This document shows, one piece after another, positions 17,373 to 23,963 of a stretch of 23,963 bases of DNA. The position numbers and the translations under genes are program-made. The DNA is from Bdellovibrionia bacterium (GTDB taxonomy: Bacteria; Bdellovibrionota; UBA1018). The stretch lies in contig JBJMMA010000065.1 in NCBI GenBank assembly GCA_045805065.1, positions 1-23,963 of the forward strand, read 5' to 3'. How positions within the stretch are numbered: the stretch's first letter is position 1; each line of letters begins with the position of its first letter. Below the pieces are notes generated by a model. The model searched no databases, was not told where the DNA came from, and saw nothing but the letters and a program-made list of their open reading frames with translations.

Positions 17373-20255
17373 ATGTGGGCGCTTATGAGCGCTCCTAAAG
17401 ACCAAGAGAATCTTCCGATCCAAATGCCTGCCCGACTTGATAACTCGGGTTATAAGAACAAGAGCTTTGAGCCTCAAAGTTTTGAGTCCTCAGTTTATAG
17501 CTTTTGGGAAGAAAACGGCTGCTTTGAAGCATCGGATGAGAACGCGCCGGGGCAAAAGGCTTTCTCGATTGTGATTCCACCGCCCAACGTCACGGGCGTG
17601 CTTCACATGGGTCATGCTCTGACCAACACGATTCAAGACATCTTGGTTCGCTGGCATCGCATGAGCGGAGACAACACGCTCTGGCTCCCAGGCACTGACC
17701 ACGCAGGGATTGCAACGCAGACCCAAGTGGAGAAGGCGATCGCGAAAGAAGGCAAGGGCCCAACGGGCAAGCCTCTGACTCGCCATGATCTGGGCCGCGA
17801 AAAATTTCTTGAGCGCACGTGGAAGTGGAAGAACGAACACGGCGATCAAATCAAAAACCAACTCAAGCGCCTGGGCTCATCCCTCGATTGGAGCCGCGAG
17901 CGGTTCACGATGGACGAAGGTCTCTCAAAGGCCGTGCGCGAAGTGTTTGTGCGCCTTTACGAAGAAGGCCTGATTTATCGCGGTGAGCGCATCATCAACT
18001 GGTGCCCGCGCTGCCAAACGGCGCTCTCGGATTTGGAAGTCATTCCAACGGAGCGTAAAGGCTACTTCTGGCACCTTGTTTACAAGATCGTGAACGATGA
18101 TGGCACTCCGGTGATGGATGCTGACGGAAAGCCTGCTGAGCTTGTGATTGCAACGACTCGTCCGGAAACCCTCTTAGGTGATACGGCCGTGGCCGTGCAT
18201 CCGGAAGACGAGCGCTATACACATATTCACGGTAAAAAAGCCGTTCTGCCACTGATCGGTCGCACGATTCCGGTCATCACGGATACGTACGTCGATAAGG
18301 AATTCGGAAGCGGCGCTTTGAAAGTCACGCCGGCTCACGATTTCAACGACTACGACTTGGGTCAGCGCCATAACCTTCCAATGATCTCGGTCATGGGAAA
18401 AGACGGCAAGATCACGTCCGCTGGTGGCCCATACGCAGGACTTAAGTTTTCGGAAGCTCGCGAGCGCGTCGTTACGGATCTCAAGGAGCAAGGCTTGCTC
18501 GTTAAAACGGAAGACCACACTCACAAAGTGGGTCTCTGTCAGCGTTGCGATAACGTGGCTGAGCCAATCGTGTCCAAGCAATGGTTCGTCAAGATTGAGC
18601 CACTCGCAAAGCCTGCGATTGCCGCTGTTGAGACGGGTAAGATCACGTTCACTCCCAAGAGCTGGGAGAAGACCTACTTTGAGTGGATGTACAACATCCG
18701 CGATTGGTGTATCTCGCGCCAGCTCTGGTGGGGCCATCAGATTCCAGCCTGGTACTGCGGCCGCTGCCAGGAAATCACCGTCTCTCGCGCAAATCCTGAA
18801 AAGTGTTCTCATTGCTCGGCTCCAGCCTCTGAGCTCAAACAAGATGATGACGTGCTCGATACGTGGTTCAGCTCGGCGCTTTGGCCATTCTCGACTTTGG
18901 GTTGGCCAGAAAAAACTCAAGCCTTGGAGACGTTCTATCCAACGTCCATTCTTGAGACGGGTTTTGACATTATCTTCTTCTGGGTTTCCCGCATGATCAT
19001 GATGGGAATCCACTTCATGGGCGAAGTGCCTTTCCACAAGGTCTACTTGCACGCCATGGTTCGCGACGAAAAAGGCGAGAAGATGTCCAAGTCCAAGGGC
19101 AACGTCATCGATCCGCTCGTCGTGATCAATCAGCATGGCGCCGATCCGCTTCGCTTTACTCTGGCCGCAATGGCAGGCCAGGGACGCGACATCAAGCTCT
19201 CGCTGGATCGCGTGGAAGGCTACCGCGGGTTCTGTAACAAGCTTTGGAACGCGGTGAAGTTCTTCCATCTTCAGATGGAGAGCATGGCCGAGCGTGGCGG
19301 CCCAGTGGGTGAGCCTACGGGTGGCTTGGAAGCTTGGATTGAAGCGAATCGCATCAGTCTTCTTCCACAAAACCGCTGGATCATTTCTCGTTTGCAGGCG
19401 GTGATCCCTGTCGTGCAAAAGGGCCTTGAGAACTTTGAGCTCAATGAGTCCGCGCAAGCGCTCTATGATTTTACCTGGGGCGAGCTTTGCGATTGGTACA
19501 TTGAGCTTTCGAAGCTTCCGTTCCGTGAAGGAGGCGAGGCCTCTCGTCAAAGTCTCTTCACGCTTCGTTATGTGCTCGAGCAGGTCTTGCGCCTGATGCA
19601 TCCATTCATGCCGTTTGTGACTGAAGAGCTTTGGCAATCGCTTCCATGGAAGCATCCTGCCAATACGCCTGCACGCGAGCGCGATGGAAAAGCGCCGATG
19701 ATGACTTTGATGTTCCAAAGCTTCCCAAAAGTGAATCCAAAGTTCATCGACTCGGAAGCGGAAAAGTCAGTCGCTGCTTTGCAATCGGTCGTGATGGCTT
19801 TGCGCAACTTCCGCGGCGAGAACAATATCTCGCCTAAGGTTGAGTTTGCGGTCGAATACGTTCCATCCACTTCGGCAGCTGATGCTTTCTTGAAGCTGAT
19901 CTCGTCTGACATCAAGGCGCTGGCTCGCATCACATCGCTCAATCGCGCTGAGAAGGCATCGGCCGAGGGCGCAATCGAATCGATCATCCCGATCTCAAAC
20001 CCACCGGTTGAACTTAAGATCAACCTCAAGGGTCTTGTGAACGTCGAAGAAGAGTCGAAGCGTCTTCGTAAGGAGATCGATAAGGTCAACGACGACATCG
20101 CTCATATTCAGCGCAAGCTCACGCAAGAGACTTTCATCGCAAAGGCTCCACGCGAGCTCGTTGAAAAAGAACGTAAGCGTGAAGCGGAACTCACCGCAAA
20201 GCGCACCGAGATTGAAGCAGCGCTTGCGCGTCTTCAAAAACTTGCAGGAGGCTAA
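17373..20255 (+). CDS. valS: Valine--tRNA ligase
   Basis: PPPNVTGVLHMGH (HIGH), PGTDHAGIATQ, DWCISRQLWWGH, KMSKSKGN and a C-terminal coiled-coil arm. Start may be 17385. Confidence 0.98.
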   Translation: MWALMSAPKDQENLPIQMPARLDNSGYKNKSFEPQSFESSVYSFWEENGCFEASDENAPGQKAFSIVIPPPNVTGVLHMGHALTNTIQDILVRWHRMSGDNTLWLPGTDHAGIATQTQVEKAIAKEGKGPTGKPLTRHDLGREKFLERTWKWKNEHGDQIKNQLKRLGSSLDWSRERFTMDEGLSKAVREVFVRLYEEGLIYRGERIINWCPRCQTALSDLEVIPTERKGYFWHLVYKIVNDDGTPVMDADGKPAELVIATTRPETLLGDTAVAVHPEDERYTHIHGKKAVLPLIGRTIPVITDTYVDKEFGSGALKVTPAHDFNDYDLGQRHNLPMISVMGKDGKITSAGGPYAGLKFSEARERVVTDLKEQGLLVKTEDHTHKVGLCQRCDNVAEPIVSKQWFVKIEPLAKPAIAAVETGKITFTPKSWEKTYFEWMYNIRDWCISRQLWWGHQIPAWYCGRCQEITVSRANPEKCSHCSAPASELKQDDDVLDTWFSSALWPFSTLGWPEKTQALETFYPTSILETGFDIIFFWVSRMIMMGIHFMGEVPFHKVYLHAMVRDEKGEKMSKSKGNVIDPLVVINQHGADPLRFTLAAMAGQGRDIKLSLDRVEGYRGFCNKLWNAVKFFHLQMESMAERGGPVGEPTGGLEAWIEANRISLLPQNRWIISRLQAVIPVVQKGLENFELNESAQALYDFTWGELCDWYIELSKLPFREGGEASRQSLFTLRYVLEQVLRLMHPFMPFVTEELWQSLPWKHPANTPARERDGKAPMMTLMFQSFPKVNPKFIDSEAEKSVAALQSVVMALRNFRGENNISPKVEFAVEYVPSTSAADAFLKLISSDIKALARITSLNRAEKASAEGAIESIIPISNPPVELKINLKGLVNVEEESKRLRKEIDKVNDDIAHIQRKLTQETFIAKAPRELVEKERKREAELTAKRTEIEAALARLQKLAGG

Positions 20256-20324
20256 GCCCTGGCTCGCAAGGCTCGATCTGCAGCAAAATCACGATCGACA
20301 AGCTTACGCCCAAGCAGCGCGGGC

Positions 20325-21023
20325 TTGATCGATCGCCGTCGCGCACTAGTCATTGGACCCAGAGTGGGATCTTTGTCAGAACTCACTCGCTCGCTTTACA
20401 TGGCGGGTGTGAATCCAAAACTCATTGCGCGTGATCTGCGCGTGGCAGTCGATGGCGGGCTCAAAGTCTTTAATAAATTTTGGCGTAAAATCGGGTGGAA
20501 GCCTCATTTTGCGGTAGGCGATTGGGATAGTTTGGGATCAGAGAAGGTCAGTCACGCTCTTCGTGGCATTTTCCATCTCACGCTTCCTCGCAACAAAGAT
20601 CGAAGCGATCTTTATTACGCATGCCGTGCGGCTATGTCGGCAGGAGCGACGGATCTGGTTTGCCTGGGCGTGACCGGGGGCAGGGCCGATCATCAACTTG
20701 CGACGCTTTTTGATCTCTCTGAGATTGCTCATGAGGGGGGCCGCGCGTTCAGCGTTCTGGCTGTGGATAACGAGACTCGGTATTATTTTATTTCCGAGAA
20801 TCATCCGGAGCTCAGCATCGACGTCGTACCAGGACAAACGGTGTCAGTCTTTGCTTTGGAAGGTGAGGCGCGTGGCGTGACGCTTCAAGGGTTCAAGTAT
20901 CCGCTCAAGAATGCGGTTTTACAGCCCTCATCCCATGGACTCAGTAATATCGCGCTCAAAACGCAGTGCTCCATCAAGGTTCGCAAGGGACGGGTTGTCG
21001 TTCTTGTACTCAGCGGTGCTTAG
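20325..21023 (+). CDS. thiN: Thiamine diphosphokinase (thiamine pyrophosphokinase)
   Basis: VAVDGG, VGDWDS, KDRSD, GVTGGRADH, GFKYPL and GLSN match TPK motifs. The true start may be CTG at 20259 (see findings). Confidence 0.85.
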   Translation: MIDRRRALVIGPRVGSLSELTRSLYMAGVNPKLIARDLRVAVDGGLKVFNKFWRKIGWKPHFAVGDWDSLGSEKVSHALRGIFHLTLPRNKDRSDLYYACRAAMSAGATDLVCLGVTGGRADHQLATLFDLSEIAHEGGRAFSVLAVDNETRYYFISENHPELSIDVVPGQTVSVFALEGEARGVTLQGFKYPLKNAVLQPSSHGLSNIALKTQCSIKVRKGRVVVLVLSGA

Positions 21024-21071
21024 CGAATTTCGCTAGGGATTTCGGGCTGTTTGCCTTAATCTCTCATATCA

Positions 21072-22805
21072 ATGAGTGACCTGACGACGACCAAATCTTT
21101 TAAAAGTCATCCTGCGGTTCGCTTTGAGCGCCAACCCGTGGTCGAAGGTCCGCTCACTCATCTCAACGAGAAGCGCGCCTCCATTCTCGATGGAGTCGTC
21201 TCACAGACGATGCAGGACTTTGCGTCCTCAAAATCTCTGGAGCTTGTCTTAGGCGAAGCACTCTACAACGAAAGAGTCCGACTCAAGCGCGACCATGGAA
21301 ACGTTTTCACTAAGAATCGCATCAAAGGGGATCGCATTCTCTGGAATCAGATCCAATCAGGCCTTCTTCAATCCTCCGCGCAGGCGGATCGCAAGGCGCT
21401 GCTTCGCTCCGTGATTGGCCACTATGCTGACGAAATCGGCGGCCACTTTGATCCAAAAATTTATAAGTTCGCAACGAGCGTGGTTCCGTTTGGATTCTCC
21501 TGGCTTCTGAACGCCGCAAGCGTTCAAAGATTTCTGCCCTGGGGACTCACTCAGTCTCTCGAAGATCGACTCAGAATCGTTGGCGAAGTGCCTGCGCTTC
21601 AGAATCTCTCGAAAAAAGGTACCGTTCTTCTCGTTCCTACGCACCAAAGCAATCTCGATAGTATTCTCATTGGCTACATCATTTATCTGATGGGGCTTCC
21701 GCCATTTGCTTACGGCGCGGGACTCAATCTTTTCTCAAACCCGGTTCTCAGCTTTTTCATGGGCAATCTGGGCGCTTACACGGTCGATCGCAAGAAATCG
21801 AACGTGATCTATAAGCAGACGCTCAAGAACTACAGCACGCGCATTTTGAGCGAAGGCGTGCACTCGATCTTCTTCCCGGGGGGCGGAAGATCTCGCAGTG
21901 GCGCAATTGAAAGCAAGCTCAAGTTGGGTCTCATGGGCACGGCGCTCGATGCGCAGATCCAAAACTTGAAGGCTGGAAAGCCTAATCCAAACGTTTACAT
22001 TGTGCCGATGGTGATGAGCTATCACTTCGTTCTTGAGGCAAGCTCGCTGATCGAAGATTACCTCGCCGAAGCCGGAAAGCATCGCTACATCATCATGGAT
22101 GATGAGTCCTGGCAGCCTACGAAAGTTGCGAACTTCTTCTGGAAGGTTTTCAAATCCACAACGTCGGTCACGGTTCGTCTTGGAAAGCCGCTTGATGTGT
22201 TCGGAAACTTTGTCGATGAAGAAGGCCGCTCGATGGGGCCAAACGGTACGATCATCGATCCAAAGCGCTGGCTGACTTCTGGGGGCGAGCTCAAGCATGA
22301 TCAGCAGCGCGATCAGGAATACACGCGTGAGCTTGGGGATGTGCTCTCCAAGCGATTCCACAAAGAGAACACTGTTCTGACTTCGCATGCTGTCGCATTT
22401 GCTTATTTTGAGGCTTTGCGAAAGCGCTATCCGGATCTGGATCTCTATCGTTTCTTGCGTTTATCCCTTGAGCAGCGCGCGATGCAGTTTGGTGAGTTCA
22501 TGGGCGAGGCGGAGAGACTCCATTCGCGTTTGCTGAAGATGGAGAAAAACGGCGACGTCTATCTGAGCGATGAGCTGCGTCTCTGCTCTTTGGAAGAGTG
22601 GGTCAATGACGGCATGACACAGCTTGGGCTTCTGCACGAGGCCGCGGTCGTCAAACACGTGGATGGCGCGATCTGGTCTGAAGACATGAACTTGCTCTAT
22701 TATTATCGCAATCGCTTGGCGGGCTACGGGCTTTCGCTCCTGGCGCGTCCCAAGGCTGTTCAGGGAAAATCGGGGAACAATGATCCAAAAGGATTTTTGG
22801 AGTAA
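21072..22805 (+). CDS. Glycerol-3-phosphate acyltransferase (PlsB/GPAT-like)
   Basis: PTHQSNLD (HxxxxD), AGLNL, GAYTVDR and FFPGGGRSRSG acyltransferase blocks; coupled to gpsA. Confidence 0.8.
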   Translation: MSDLTTTKSFKSHPAVRFERQPVVEGPLTHLNEKRASILDGVVSQTMQDFASSKSLELVLGEALYNERVRLKRDHGNVFTKNRIKGDRILWNQIQSGLLQSSAQADRKALLRSVIGHYADEIGGHFDPKIYKFATSVVPFGFSWLLNAASVQRFLPWGLTQSLEDRLRIVGEVPALQNLSKKGTVLLVPTHQSNLDSILIGYIIYLMGLPPFAYGAGLNLFSNPVLSFFMGNLGAYTVDRKKSNVIYKQTLKNYSTRILSEGVHSIFFPGGGRSRSGAIESKLKLGLMGTALDAQIQNLKAGKPNPNVYIVPMVMSYHFVLEASSLIEDYLAEAGKHRYIIMDDESWQPTKVANFFWKVFKSTTSVTVRLGKPLDVFGNFVDEEGRSMGPNGTIIDPKRWLTSGGELKHDQQRDQEYTRELGDVLSKRFHKENTVLTSHAVAFAYFEALRKRYPDLDLYRFLRLSLEQRAMQFGEFMGEAERLHSRLLKMEKNGDVYLSDELRLCSLEEWVNDGMTQLGLLHEAAVVKHVDGAIWSEDMNLLYYYRNRLAGYGLSLLARPKAVQGKSGNNDPKGFLE

Positions 22806-23781
22806 ATCAAGAGTCGCCGTGATCGGCGGCGGAAGCTTTGGAACCGTTCTCGCGCAGCTTGTCGCCAAGAATGCGCTTGAGGTGAGGATGTGGGTCCGCG
22901 ACGAAGAGCAGGCTCGCATGATCAATGCGACCCGAACCAATCCTGATGCCATCAAAGACATCACACTGGCTTCGAACATCAAGGCCTGCAGCGATCCCGC
23001 CAAGGTTTTTGAGGGCGGAGTGCAAGCCGTGCTCTGGGCATTGCCATCCTCCGCCTGCCGTGAGCAGGCCCGAAATCTCGCTCATCTTTTTAACGGAGAA
23101 GAGATTCTCATTCACGCAACCAAGGGAATCGAAGAGGGGACTCTCAAGCGAATCTCCGAAGTCTTGCGCGAAGAAATCCCATGCCGCCGCATCGGAGTCA
23201 TGAGTGGCCCCAATCTCGCTGTTGAGCTTGGCCACGGAGAGCCCGCCGCAACCGTGGTGGCCTCTGATTTTGACGAAGTGATTGAAGCCGGTAAAAGCCT
23301 TCTGCACAGCGAGCGCTTTCGCGTTTACACCGATCATGACGTGGTGGGAGTGGAGTGGGCAGGAACCCTCAAGAACATTCTCGCCATCGCCGCCGGCGCA
23401 CTCGACGCCATGAAGCTCGGCTGGAACGCGCGCGCGCTTCTCATCACACGAGGCCTGGCCGAAATCGTAAGATTTGGAAAAGCCCTGGGCGCCCAGGAAT
23501 CCACCTTCTTAGGCCTCGCAGGAGTCGGCGATCTTCTCGCCACCTGCAGCAGCCCCTTAAGCCGCAACTACCGCGTAGGATTCAAGCTCGCTCAAGGCGA
23601 GAAACTCGAAAAGGTCATCGAAGAGCTAGGAGCCGTCGCTGAAGGTGTTCGCACCGTAATCAGCGTTCGCGAGTTCGCCAACGAGCACGGCATTTCCATG
23701 CCAATCACCGAAGCCGTCTATCATCTGCTCCAAAGCGATGCCTCCGTCCAAGAAATCCTGCACCAGCTCATGACCCGCTAA
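22780..23781 (+). CDS. gpsA: NAD(P)H-dependent glycerol-3-phosphate dehydrogenase
   Basis: IGGGSFGT, ATKGIE, SGPNLA, LKNILAIAAG, GLAGVGDLLATC, SRNYRVG and AEGV. Confidence 0.96.
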   Translation: MIQKDFWSKSRVAVIGGGSFGTVLAQLVAKNALEVRMWVRDEEQARMINATRTNPDAIKDITLASNIKACSDPAKVFEGGVQAVLWALPSSACREQARNLAHLFNGEEILIHATKGIEEGTLKRISEVLREEIPCRRIGVMSGPNLAVELGHGEPAATVVASDFDEVIEAGKSLLHSERFRVYTDHDVVGVEWAGTLKNILAIAAGALDAMKLGWNARALLITRGLAEIVRFGKALGAQESTFLGLAGVGDLLATCSSPLSRNYRVGFKLAQGEKLEKVIEELGAVAEGVRTVISVREFANEHGISMPITEAVYHLLQSDASVQEILHQLMTR

Positions 23782-23803
23782 AAAAGGTGGTCGCCTCCTT
23801 TTT
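23781..23803 (+). terminator. Short imperfect palindrome directly after the gpsA stop (possible bidirectional terminator or REP-like unit)
   Basis: AAAAAGG-TGG-TCG-CCT-CCTTTTT: A5/T5-flanked hairpin with one T-T mismatch. Confidence 0.5.
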
Positions 23804-23833
23804 GTAGCGCAGGCGCGGCAAAGTTCTCAGAGC

Positions 23834-23962
23834 GAGCTGACAGATCAGAAATCAGAAGAAAGATAAAGCCCTCGCTGCGACATCCTGTCGCATTCCCATT
23901 CGGCATCCTGCCTGGGAACGGCTCGGGTTTTATCTTTCTTCTGATTTCTGATCTGTCAGCTC
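23834..23962. repeat. Long inverted repeat forming a T/Y-shaped structure (MITE/REPIN-like or structured ncRNA)
   Basis: 23834-23871 pairs with 23925-23962 (38 bp, one G-T pair). The 53-nt interior holds two hairpins, TGCGACA-TCC-TGTCGCA and TTCCCA-ttc-GGCA-TCC-TGCC-TGGGAA. Confidence 0.85.
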
Positions 23963-23963
23963 A

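Noticed and set aside
18174..19718. 514-aa ORF antisense to valS
   Set aside because: It is a shadow frame of a conserved, codon-biased gene, with no recognisable motifs.
21019..21037. Palindrome CTTAGCGAATTTCGCTAGG at the thiN stop
   Set aside because: It is short, has no U-tract and occurs once, so no function can be supported.
1..23963. CRISPR arrays, tRNA/rRNA genes, transposases, invertase sites or defence systems
   Set aside because: I found no spaced direct repeats, RNA gene signatures, recombinase/transposase ORFs, or inverted repeats flanking the flipped cassettes by eye.

Overview
Bacterial chromosomal segment in three parts; gene content and style are tentatively Bdellovibrionota/Oligoflexia-like (inference only). 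(1) About 1-14.6 kb is the right end of a surface-glycan (LPS/O-antigen/capsule-type) locus. It encodes partial wecB, GT4, GT11 alpha-1,2-fucosyltransferase, several GT2s, a methyltransferase-GT2 fusion, a stand-alone methyltransferase, an exostosin/GT47-like protein with an uncharacterised partner, a family-3 acyltransferase, an SDR sugar epimerase and a short transaldolase. It flips strand five times with abutting convergent stops. (2) About 14.6-23.8 kb holds mostly housekeeping genes: slyD, a small secreted protein, DoxX, a secreted alpha/beta-hydrolase, valS, thiamine diphosphokinase, a PlsB-like acyltransferase and gpsA. (3) The last ~180 bp hold a short palindrome and a T/Y-shaped element (38-bp arms enclosing two CATCCTG-core hairpins). 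The approaching gpsA shows a rising C/A bias at third codon positions. No rRNA, tRNA, CRISPR array or transposase was seen.
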